From assembly GCA_016839765.1 (NCBI GenBank), contig JAEOTP010000077.1, forward strand, positions 1 to 60,188: a stretch of 60,188 bases of DNA, written 5' to 3'. How positions within the stretch are numbered: position 1 is the stretch's first letter; each line of letters starts with the position of its first letter. This DNA is from Promethearchaeota archaeon (GTDB taxonomy: Archaea; Asgardarchaeota; Lokiarchaeia; Sigyniarchaeales; SOKP01). The position numbers were made by a program, and so were the translations under genes. Below the pieces are notes generated by a model that was given only the letters and a program-made list of their open reading frames with translations, was not told the DNA's origin and made no database searches. Positions 20,807-29,461 of the stretch are shown here, one piece after another.

Positions 20807-21106
20807 TTGTCTGAAAAAGAAGAAAAAACACTGGTAAGAAAAGCTACCTTAAGTTTAAGAAGAAAATACGGAAGAACTAAGCAAATTGATATTCTTGAGA
20901 GAGATGCTTTCATACCTAGCTCATTGGAAAAAGAAATAAGGAAATCAATTACAAAAAAAAAGACAATTTTAGCTTCAGATATAGCATTAAAGTATGATAT
21001 TAGATTATCTACAGCAAAATTACTATTGAAGCAATATCAAGAGGAAGGTTTAATAGAACTATACGATCCTTCTTTAAAATTGAAAATTTATGTACCAAAA
21101 TCTTAG
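20807..21106 (+). CDS. rps25e: Ribosomal protein eS25 (S25e)
   Basis: 99 aa, basic; EIRKSITKKKTILASDIALKYDIRLSTAKLLLKQYQEEGLI winged-helix pattern of eS25. Confidence 0.75.
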   Translation: MSEKEEKTLVRKATLSLRRKYGRTKQIDILERDAFIPSSLEKEIRKSITKKKTILASDIALKYDIRLSTAKLLLKQYQEEGLIELYDPSLKLKIYVPKS

Positions 21107-21206
21107 TTTTTATAACCTTATTGGAAAAGATTTTATATTTTTTGTCATTAGTTTTTCATAGATATAATAACTACAACTTATTCAATCAGACCTTTAATTT
21201 AATTAA

Positions 21207-21307
21207 GCAGATGTAGCCTAGCTGGTAAGACGCCGGCCTCGAGTGGTTAAATCACCAAGAGAGCCGGTGCGCGTAAGCGCACGAGGGTTCGAGTCCCTCC
21301 ATCTGCG
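21207..21307 (+). tRNA. tRNA-Ser(CGA) with 18-nt intron at 37/38 (21244-21261)
   Basis: Acceptor GCAGATG/CATCTGC, discriminator G; anticodon stem CCGGC/GCCGG with CT-CGA-G; long variable arm TGCGC-GTAA-GCGCA; T arm GAGGG-TTCGAGT-CCCTC; CCA not encoded. Confidence 0.93.
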
Positions 21308-21328
21308 TTAATTTGTTTTGATGATAGG

Positions 21329-22405
21329 GTGATAATTATAGGAAAGAAAAATTTGATTGTTTTAGGAGAATTACATCAAGATTTGTATTATGAAAGTGTT
21401 TTTTATGAACAATTAGTAGAGAAAATTGTAGCTAATTTATTGAATTTTACTAAATATAATCCAGATGATTTAAATACAAAAGTTTTAGAAAAAATTGTAA
21501 AGAGAGGCTTTTCAGAAACGTCAAAAAAAATTGTAGGACATTGTTTTTTCAAACGCGGAGGTAATGGTAATAACTCATCTGAGTACATCATAAAACTTGG
21601 AATACCCACAAGGTTGATCTCTGTTATTGGAAGAGGAAGTGAGTGGATGATTTCTGAACTGAATGAACAAGGAATTGATACACGCTATATATTTCAAATC
21701 GATGAAATCACTCCCGTAAGCACAATTATCAAATCGAACTTTACTACTAAAATTCACTTAGCTCCAAATTTAAAGAATAAAATGAATTTTGAGGGAATTT
21801 CTATTAATGAGACTGCTTTTAAAGATGGCAAAATAATACTTTCAACTCCTATAGCATACAAATTCATAAATTTATTTAAAAAAGCCTCAAAATTAGGATT
21901 AATAACCGCATTTAATATTGAAACACAAAAAATTCAAAACCTTGAGCAATTAACTGAGCTGATTCAAGAGAAACAGGATATTTTCTTCTTAAATTTAAGA
22001 GATGCTTATTTCATTCTAGATAATAAACTCCCCATAGATGAAATTGATCAAAATTTTGAAAAATTCGCTAAAATTAGAATTTATACTGCAGGGAAGGATG
22101 GATCTTATGTAAAAACAGATAATTTTACTATTGCTTTTCCAGGCATAGAAGTTTCTGCAATCATCGATAGAACAGGAGCCGGAGATTGCTATGCTGCAGG
22201 ATTTTTATCTAAGCTATATGAATTAGTAGAAAATAAAAAGGCATTAGAAGGTTTAATCACATCAAATAATTCATCAAAATTAAAGGAAATCTTGCAGAAA
22301 TGTACAAAGTATGCTACTTTTGCTGCTATCTATAAAATTACAAAACAAACAGCTCCAGTTAAAGAGGAAATGGAAAATTTTATCCAAAAATTTAAATTTA
22401 CATAA
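21329..22405 (+). CDS. PfkB/ribokinase-family carbohydrate kinase
   Basis: GGNGNN, YTAGKDGS, IDRTGAGDCYAAGFL. Confidence 0.88.
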   Translation: MIIIGKKNLIVLGELHQDLYYESVFYEQLVEKIVANLLNFTKYNPDDLNTKVLEKIVKRGFSETSKKIVGHCFFKRGGNGNNSSEYIIKLGIPTRLISVIGRGSEWMISELNEQGIDTRYIFQIDEITPVSTIIKSNFTTKIHLAPNLKNKMNFEGISINETAFKDGKIILSTPIAYKFINLFKKASKLGLITAFNIETQKIQNLEQLTELIQEKQDIFFLNLRDAYFILDNKLPIDEIDQNFEKFAKIRIYTAGKDGSYVKTDNFTIAFPGIEVSAIIDRTGAGDCYAAGFLSKLYELVENKKALEGLITSNNSSKLKEILQKCTKYATFAAIYKITKQTAPVKEEMENFIQKFKFT

Positions 22406-22407
22406 TT

Positions 22408-23343
22408 TTATTGTATAATTTGCATAATAATATTTTTCATTTGGGGTCTTGCGGCTTCAATTTTATCTAATAGTTCTATTGTTTTATTCAAATTATTTTC
22501 ATCCTCTTCGATTATAAACAATAAATAAAAATCCATCTTTCCAAATTTTAACACCTCGACTATTCCAGAATATCTATCTCCATTATTAAATTTATCAGAG
22601 AACTCTAACAAAGTTCTGTTTTCGGCCATAACTTTCTTTTGTGCTTCAAGATACTTATCATAGATTCTTATTTTTTCTCTTAACTGCAAATGTGGGCGAT
22701 AATATTCACCAATGGTTATTCCTTTAACATCAAATAGGGCAATTAAAATAGCATTATAATTTTTGCATATTTCAGAAAATAAATTTGAGACCATTTCTAT
22801 TTTTTCAAATAATAAGGAAAGTCCACTCGAAAATGCATCCATTATCGACTTTATATCAAAAATAGTTGTTTCAAAGAAAAATATATTAAAATCAAGACTA
22901 TATCTTATCAAAGCTTGCTTCAAAGTTAAAACCCTTGAATTAATCACTTTATCTTTAATTAATTGGGGATCAAATTTATGGAATAAAACGCAAATTGGTG
23001 GATACTCTTGTTCTTCTTTAAGAAACAATAAAATCTGATCCAAATAATCTATCGATTCTACATAACGATCGAAATCTTGTGCATCAATAATATAAAAGAT
23101 AATATCAGATCCGCTGATATATTTAGTTGGTTTTCTTAAATACTCTTCTCTATACTGAAGTTGGCCACCAAAATCCATCCTTATGAATTCAATCCCTAAA
23201 AATTTAAATGCATCTCTTGCTATTTTCCTTGTTGGCATTAATTTTGATACTTCTTCTTCAAAACCAAATCTCTTTGTAATTGCAGTAATTATGGATGTTT
23301 TTCCGGCATTATCAAGTCCCATAAAACTAACTTTGCGGGGCAT
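22408..23343 (-). CDS. Arf/Rag-like small GTPase with C-terminal roadblock/longin-like domain
   Basis: G1 GLDNAGKTS, G2 PT, G3 DFGGQ, G4 HKFD, G5 ETTI; about 130-aa C-terminal domain (AILIALFDVKGITIGEYY). Confidence 0.82.
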   Translation of the reverse strand: MPRKVSFMGLDNAGKTSIITAITKRFGFEEEVSKLMPTRKIARDAFKFLGIEFIRMDFGGQLQYREEYLRKPTKYISGSDIIFYIIDAQDFDRYVESIDYLDQILLFLKEEQEYPPICVLFHKFDPQLIKDKVINSRVLTLKQALIRYSLDFNIFFFETTIFDIKSIMDAFSSGLSLLFEKIEMVSNLFSEICKNYNAILIALFDVKGITIGEYYRPHLQLREKIRIYDKYLEAQKKVMAENRTLLEFSDKFNNGDRYSGIVEVLKFGKMDFYLLFIIEEDENNLNKTIELLDKIEAARPQMKNIIMQIIQ

Positions 23344-23502
23344 AACTTCCCATCAAATTGCTTTTTTTTTAGAGTTAATATAGTCTACCAATATCTACTT
23401 TAAAATAATAATTGTGATTGGTCTTATTATATTTATTTGATTTTCCTAGGAAAAATTAGAATTTTTTTTTAAATAGTCTAAATAGAGGAAAATTTTAAAA
23501 AA

Positions 23503-23784
23503 TTAACCTCCGGAGATTGGAAAGGATAAATAAAGTTTATCTCCATCGTTTAATTCTGTTTTATAATTTTTCAGGTATGTAATATTTTTACCATTAAGAA
23601 GTATCACCATTATAGGATTAAGCTTTTTTTTATTTTTACTTAGGATGCTTCCATTTAATTTTTCTCTATATTCCGCTAAAAATTGAGAAATTATTTCACC
23701 GACAGTTCTACCTTCATATTCGATGGTGTTCTTTTTAATTTTTAAGGCGAACATGTTCAATAAATTTAATGTAACTTTAGCCAT
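23503..23784 (-). CDS. MoaD/SAMP-like ubiquitin-fold protein
   Basis: 93 aa; LLNGKNI, TELNDGDKL, C-terminal diglycine PISGG. Confidence 0.88.
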   Translation of the reverse strand: MAKVTLNLLNMFALKIKKNTIEYEGRTVGEIISQFLAEYREKLNGSILSKNKKKLNPIMVILLNGKNITYLKNYKTELNDGDKLYLSFPISGG

Positions 23785-23895
23785 AAAATTTCACCAGCTT
23801 TTCTTGGTAAGAATTGCTTATTTTATTAATGTTTATTCTATTTCTTATAAAACTTAATTCATTTTTAATATTTTTTCTAATAAAAAGTAAATATG

Positions 23896-25110
23896 TTAAA
23901 AGATTTTAATATGCTCAATATTTTGAAGATTTTGTTGAATTAAATCATTTAATTCTAAGGATTGATATAATTCTTTTAATCTTTTTAAATCAAATTCTTG
24001 ATTTTTAGGTTTAAAATCACAATAGTCGAATTCTTTTAGATTAGGTGAAATTTTTTTGTGTAAATCATCAATTTCATTCAAGTCTAATCCAATTATTGGA
24101 GTAAAAATTGGATAAATTGAAAACAAGTAATTTAATGCAATTGAATTAAAATCAACATAATCAGGACATAGTGTTGAATTATTCAAACTAACTCCATCAG
24201 TAATAGCTCTGATATTAGTATTAGAACTTAAAGTTTCTATTAATTTTGATAAAATTTCAAGTCTTATTAACTTACAAATTCCACAAAGATACTTCTTACT
24301 TTGGATTTTTCTTTCCACAAATTGTATAATATTAACAATATTGATTTTTTTTAACGAAAATTTGAAAAGTGGAACATATTGGGCTAACTCTTTCCAATTT
24401 GATTTCCAAATATTAAAGGCCTTCTTATTATGCGTTATTTCAAATAAAACTGGATAAATTACACAGCCTCTTTTCATTAATAGAAAACTAGAAATTAGAT
24501 CGTTCAACCTTCCAATATCCATTACTACGACTTTTTTTTGATTTTCAATAGGTAAACCTCCCCAATTACTTTTGATAATATCAGTAAATATATATGAAAA
24601 ATCATCTCGAATTTCTACAAAAATAACTTTTTTGGGAGATGTTAAATTTACTTTTAACTCTAAATTCGAAAAAGTATCAAGAATTGTTTTTCCAACAATT
24701 TTTGCCACGTCCATAGAAGTATAATCATGTTTCCCAGACCTTTTAACTCGTATGGCAAATTTATCACCTTTTTTCAATATATATCTACCTACTTCAATAG
24801 CTCTTTCACATATGTTTTCCAGTCGATTCGATGTTCGTAAAGCAGGACTAGCGGAATAAATTCCAAAAACATTTTTTATTACTTCTAGTGCTCTAGGTAT
24901 ATCCTCATTTTTGAAGAAAAAGAGAACACGAGAAGAATCCTTACTTAACTGATATTTATGAAAGGGGATATTTCTCTTTTTTAACATTTTTCTAATGTTA
25001 TTTATTAAAATTTTTAGCATTCGTATCTTTACTTTCTGGGATTTTAGCCAAATCTCCCCATAACGAATAAGAATCAAGTTATATTGTTTTAGAATATATG
25101 AATTTTCCAT
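23896..25110 (-). CDS. THUMP-domain ThiI-like protein with degenerate PP-loop
   Basis: ILIRYGEIWLKS, THUMP (VNLTSPKKVIFVEIR), GGLP, LMKRG and CGIC present, but SGGxDS is replaced by DIGRLND. Confidence 0.8.
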   Translation of the reverse strand: MENSYILKQYNLILIRYGEIWLKSQKVKIRMLKILINNIRKMLKKRNIPFHKYQLSKDSSRVLFFFKNEDIPRALEVIKNVFGIYSASPALRTSNRLENICERAIEVGRYILKKGDKFAIRVKRSGKHDYTSMDVAKIVGKTILDTFSNLELKVNLTSPKKVIFVEIRDDFSYIFTDIIKSNWGGLPIENQKKVVVMDIGRLNDLISSFLLMKRGCVIYPVLFEITHNKKAFNIWKSNWKELAQYVPLFKFSLKKINIVNIIQFVERKIQSKKYLCGICKLIRLEILSKLIETLSSNTNIRAITDGVSLNNSTLCPDYVDFNSIALNYLFSIYPIFTPIIGLDLNEIDDLHKKISPNLKEFDYCDFKPKNQEFDLKRLKELYQSLELNDLIQQNLQNIEHIKIF

Positions 25111-25178
25111 ATTATGATAATAAATTTCTACTAATCTTTATAAATTCTGATTTGAGAAATACCTGACATTAACGAATA

Positions 25179-26780
25179 TCAAATTATAACTGAAATATAG
25201 TAGTTTCCTATAAGTTTTATTTCTCCAGTTTTTAAATTGTGTTGTTTCAATACAACTAAGCCCTTTTCAAAGATTTCTATTTCAATAAAAACAGGATCAA
25301 AATGTTTAGAACCAATATTTCCTCCATTTGAAAATACGGTATTCTCAATTTTAACATTAAATGATATACTTGGAGAACTATTTAAAACTAAATCTAATTG
25401 AGAACGGGCAAATTGAGATAAAACATCTCCCGAATCTATCAATTCAGTCCTCCAAACGCTTAATGGGGTAGGAATTAAGGTATGGAAACAACAAACTCCA
25501 AATATTTTCTCATGACTTAAAGAGAGTACCTTCTCAATAAAATTATTTAATCGTTTTCGTCCAATAAAGCCATCAGTAGAATCGATTCTAGTTGAATTAA
25601 GCCCCTGAAAATACAATTTATCATTTTCATACAATGGATCAAATTCACCGATATATTGACTCCAATATTCCCATGCTGGAGGTTTTGAATCAGTATACCC
25701 TGGAACAACTAAATATGGGTGCTTTAATTGATTTAATTTTTCTTTTGCAATTTTAAATTCTTCCTTGTAGCTATTTTGAGTCAAATTTCCAGTGTGAACT
25801 ACTAAATCGACATCAGCAAGTTTATTTATATTTTCAATAGCTTTATCAAAAACAATTGGGTTCTCTTGAGAAGTTTCTGAAACTAATGAATTTGATAATT
25901 GCACAAACCTACATTTAGGTTTTTTACTTTTTTTAAGCTCTAATGGAACATAATAATTAATCTCCCGAAAAATTTCTTTTTTGGAATTTGAATCTAAAAC
26001 AGGTATTATCTTAAAACGAATATTATTTTCTTCTATGTCAATAATAGAATAAGAAAATAAATCTCTATATCTAGTTTTGTTACAACAGAAAGTTCCCGAA
26101 TTAAATATTAATAAATCTTTTTCGCTACTACTAACGGTATATAAATTAGCAATATGTCGATGACCATTTAAAACTAAATCAGCTTTTGCATCTAATAACA
26201 TTTTAAGCATATCTCCTGAATCATCTATTGCTGATCTTTCTTTTCCTGTATGGGGTATTGGGATAAGCTGGTGGTGAAAACAGACAATTTTAAATTTATC
26301 TTCCCTTTCTGGCGCTACTAATCTTTTCCGAACTGCTTCTCGAACATTATGATGGATTATACCTCCTGGTAGATCTGGTTTCGTGCTATCTATTCCGATG
26401 ACATACATCTCTTCATCTTCGTATTCATAATGCCTCCTACCAATCATTTCCTCGAATAATAAATATCCAACATTAAGACTATCATGGTTACCAATTATTC
26501 GCATAAAAGGGGCATCTGATATAGGTTTAAACTTCTTGAATTGTTCCATTGCGTATTCATACTCTAATAAAGTCCCTGTATGGGTTATATCACCTAAATG
26601 AAGGAAAAGAGATACATCTTTAATTTTATTAATTTGTTCAATACCTATATTATACGCATGAAGGTTAAAAGCTCCTTCCCAACGGGTTATATGAGTGTCT
26701 GAAACAATTACAAGTCTTTTCTTTTTATTAACCTTCTCTGAAATTTCCACCTTTAAACTTTTTTCTGTTATCATAATCAT
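25179..26780 (-). CDS. Tandem calcineurin-like metallophosphoesterase (second domain degenerate)
   Basis: Domain 1: SDTH, GD, GNHD, HH, GHRH; domain 2 equivalents: SNS, GN, GYTD, HT, SSP. Confidence 0.85.
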   Translation of the reverse strand: MIMITEKSLKVEISEKVNKKKRLVIVSDTHITRWEGAFNLHAYNIGIEQINKIKDVSLFLHLGDITHTGTLLEYEYAMEQFKKFKPISDAPFMRIIGNHDSLNVGYLLFEEMIGRRHYEYEDEEMYVIGIDSTKPDLPGGIIHHNVREAVRKRLVAPEREDKFKIVCFHHQLIPIPHTGKERSAIDDSGDMLKMLLDAKADLVLNGHRHIANLYTVSSSEKDLLIFNSGTFCCNKTRYRDLFSYSIIDIEENNIRFKIIPVLDSNSKKEIFREINYYVPLELKKSKKPKCRFVQLSNSLVSETSQENPIVFDKAIENINKLADVDLVVHTGNLTQNSYKEEFKIAKEKLNQLKHPYLVVPGYTDSKPPAWEYWSQYIGEFDPLYENDKLYFQGLNSTRIDSTDGFIGRKRLNNFIEKVLSLSHEKIFGVCCFHTLIPTPLSVWRTELIDSGDVLSQFARSQLDLVLNSSPSISFNVKIENTVFSNGGNIGSKHFDPVFIEIEIFEKGLVVLKQHNLKTGEIKLIGNYYISVII

Positions 26781-27518
26781 TCAAACGTTCTTCAATTTCG
26801 CAGGATGTCCCGAATAAATTAAATTTTCTTCTAAAACATCATCATAATTAGTATAAGAATGCGCTGATAATTTAGCATTCTTTTTAATTAAGGTACCAGG
26901 TAAAAGCACACATTTGGCTCCAATTAGAACATCATCTTCAACTACGATTTTCTTAAGAATAAAGTGGTCTTGTTCAATTCCAAAAGTAATCATTGTTGAA
27001 TTCATACCAATTATTACGTTTTTACCGATAGATACAAATTCAGATGATATCCAACTGTTATCACATATAACTTTTCTCCCAATTTTTACTCCAAAAAATC
27101 TGAGAGTAAATCTATTCTTAAACCAAGGAAAAGGATTCGTTGCTGTTATATATAATGGCCACTTTTTAATGATATTTCTTATGTTCCAATAAAGATAGTC
27201 TTTATCTTTTATATCTCTCTTAAATAAGCCTTCTTTTGGATAATGTAATAAATTAATTAATCTCAAAAAAAGACTGGAAAATAAAACTGCACTAAATTGA
27301 AGCAAGTAGATTAAAAGTAAGAAATTAAATGGTAAAAATAGGAAAAAGATTAAAAATAATCCATTTCCCCAAATATAAATAAAATAATAATATTCAAAAA
27401 TAGAACACGGAAAGAAACTTGCGATAATTATTAGAATATATAAGATTAAATACTTATTTCTAATCCTCTCATCAATTGGAGTTGGCGAGTCTCCTTTCAG
27501 ACTAGCAGGTTGGAACAT
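26781..27518 (-). CDS. Membrane-anchored hexapeptide-repeat (LbH) acyltransferase-like protein
   Basis: N-terminal TM helices; FFGVKIGRKV, VSIGKNVIIG, VEDDVLIGAKCVLLPG, YSGHPAK. Confidence 0.8.
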   Translation of the reverse strand: MFQPASLKGDSPTPIDERIRNKYLILYILIIIASFFPCSIFEYYYFIYIWGNGLFLIFFLFLPFNFLLLIYLLQFSAVLFSSLFLRLINLLHYPKEGLFKRDIKDKDYLYWNIRNIIKKWPLYITATNPFPWFKNRFTLRFFGVKIGRKVICDNSWISSEFVSIGKNVIIGMNSTMITFGIEQDHFILKKIVVEDDVLIGAKCVLLPGTLIKKNAKLSAHSYTNYDDVLEENLIYSGHPAKLKNV

Positions 27519-27521
27519 TAA

Positions 27522-28373
27522 TTAATCCTCCTCCTTATTAGAATTATTTATCTTCTCCTTTATTTTTTCAGCTTTTTCCCGAGATTCTTCCAAACTTTGA
27601 ATTGGAAGGTTAATACTTACAGGAGTACCAACGTGAATTAAATCACTTTCTAATTCCTGTCCTATCCATGTATAACTATTTACCCCTAGTATAGCTCTAT
27701 CTTGCATAATTGTCCCTGGAGCTACTATAGTATGTGGACCTACAACGCACGCCTCTCCTATTTTTACTCTTTTAATGAGTATTTTATCATGATAGATTAA
27801 GTGTGAAAAAATGCATATATTTAAAGAAGTCATCGTAAAGTTCCCTATTTCAACAAATAATGGATCCACATATCCTTCATATAACACTACATTCTTTCCT
27901 ACCTTAATGCCAAATAATCGATAAAAAATTATGTCCATCCATGGTAAGGGTAAAGCTCTAGCTAACCATAATGGAAAATAAGCAGTCCAAAATTTTCTGT
28001 GCGTATACTTCCATTGTTTACTCCTTCTTTCAAAAACACCCTCTTGAGGTGGCGATAACTTATTTAATATTTTAAAAATTACTGCTGAAAACACAATCAC
28101 TGTAAATGTAAACAGAAAAATATTTCCATATATATTCAAAGGAACTAATAACCAATAATACCAAGCCGGTGTTGGTTCAAGCGAATAAAACTCAGATCCT
28201 GTTAGGAGGTAATAAAGGCTGTTAAGAAACCAGAGATTTACTAAAATTAAAACAATCCCTCCTATAAATAATTGCAAAATAATAATCAATGTAAATGGAG
28301 TTTTATACACTCCTGAACTTGATAAGAATTCAATTTCAGTATTAGTTTCGGACCCCTCTTCCATTTTTTTCAC
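27522..28373 (-). CDS. Membrane-anchored hexapeptide-repeat (LbH) acyltransferase-like protein (paralog)
   Basis: TM helices; LFGIKVGKNV, VKIGEACVVG, HVGTP. Confidence 0.8.
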   Translation of the reverse strand: MKKMEEGSETNTEIEFLSSSGVYKTPFTLIIILQLFIGGIVLILVNLWFLNSLYYLLTGSEFYSLEPTPAWYYWLLVPLNIYGNIFLFTFTVIVFSAVIFKILNKLSPPQEGVFERRSKQWKYTHRKFWTAYFPLWLARALPLPWMDIIFYRLFGIKVGKNVVLYEGYVDPLFVEIGNFTMTSLNICIFSHLIYHDKILIKRVKIGEACVVGPHTIVAPGTIMQDRAILGVNSYTWIGQELESDLIHVGTPVSINLPIQSLEESREKAEKIKEKINNSNKEED

Positions 28374-28582
28374 TTAGTTTCTATAAGGATAGTTTATAAT
28401 ATTTTAGTTACCACAAGATAAATAATATTTTATATTATAGTTATATTTTCCATATACCATAATTTAAATATTTAATACCTCATAAAAGAAATAAATAAAA
28501 AACAGATACCTTATATAATACTTAAAGTCTAAAAAATTGTATAATAAAAAAAAATTCAAAAATTAAGATTTGGTGAATTAGA

Positions 28583-29461
28583 GTGACAATAGATTGGGCT
28601 AAAGCTGAAGAGCATCCTGATAAAAGTCAAAAGGTTGAAGGACGCTTCTTATTAGATTTAAGAGCAAAAGTTAATGATTTAGAAAAACAATTAAGCGAAA
28701 ATAAAAGTGAATTAAGCCGTACTCAAACCGATCTCAATTCAACTAAAGATGCTCTTGAAAAAACTGTTAATGAGCTTAATACGACTAAAGAAACATTAGA
28801 TAATGCAAATTCTGAGTTGAATGAGACAAAGGCAGCATTAGAAAATGAAAGAGCTCTTAGTAAAGAAAAAGATGATACCATCAGCAATTTGACCTCTGAA
28901 AAAGAAAATTTAGGATCTGATCTTAATGATGCCAGCTCTAAAGTAAGTGAGCTGGAAGAAAAACTATCTGAATTAGATTCTGCTAACTCTAGAATTGCTG
29001 AACTAGAAAGTCAATTGACTGAGGCTCAAAATAGTGGAGCATCAAGTCAAGATCAAATTAGCCAATTAACGTCGGAAGTTCAAGATTTAAATTCTAAGCT
29101 TACAACACTTCAAGAAGAAAATAATAATTTAAACGGACAATTAAGTGAATTAAATAATATGCTACTTCAGAAAGATAGTCAAATTCAAGACCTTTCAAGT
29201 GGTTTGGTAGAAAAGGATAAATTAGTTCAAGCTCAAACTGCTCATATAGAGGAGGTTGAAGGTGAACTTCAAGATTTGAAACCACCTGAGATGGGTGCGG
29301 GAGGATTTGCTAGCGAGGAAAGGATTACTTGTCCGATGTGCGGAGCAGTTGGCGGGAATATTAAAACTGTAGAAGATAAGTCAAAAGTCTTGTCGTATGT
29401 AGGCCACATTCCTATGTATGCAAAGAAGCACGTTTGTAAAAAGTGTGGCTACGAATTTTAA
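28583..29461 (+). CDS. Long coiled-coil protein with C-terminal Zn ribbon (copy A)
   Basis: Heptad-rich helix; CPMCG...CKKCGYEF; GGTGA SD before the GTG start. Confidence 0.85.
   Translation: MTIDWAKAEEHPDKSQKVEGRFLLDLRAKVNDLEKQLSENKSELSRTQTDLNSTKDALEKTVNELNTTKETLDNANSELNETKAALENERALSKEKDDTISNLTSEKENLGSDLNDASSKVSELEEKLSELDSANSRIAELESQLTEAQNSGASSQDQISQLTSEVQDLNSKLTTLQEENNNLNGQLSELNNMLLQKDSQIQDLSSGLVEKDKLVQAQTAHIEEVEGELQDLKPPEMGAGGFASEERITCPMCGAVGGNIKTVEDKSKVLSYVGHIPMYAKKHVCKKCGYEF

Noticed and set aside
21207-21307. tRNA-Sec
   Set aside because: The anticodon is CGA, not UCA, with a standard 7-bp acceptor and 5-bp T stem
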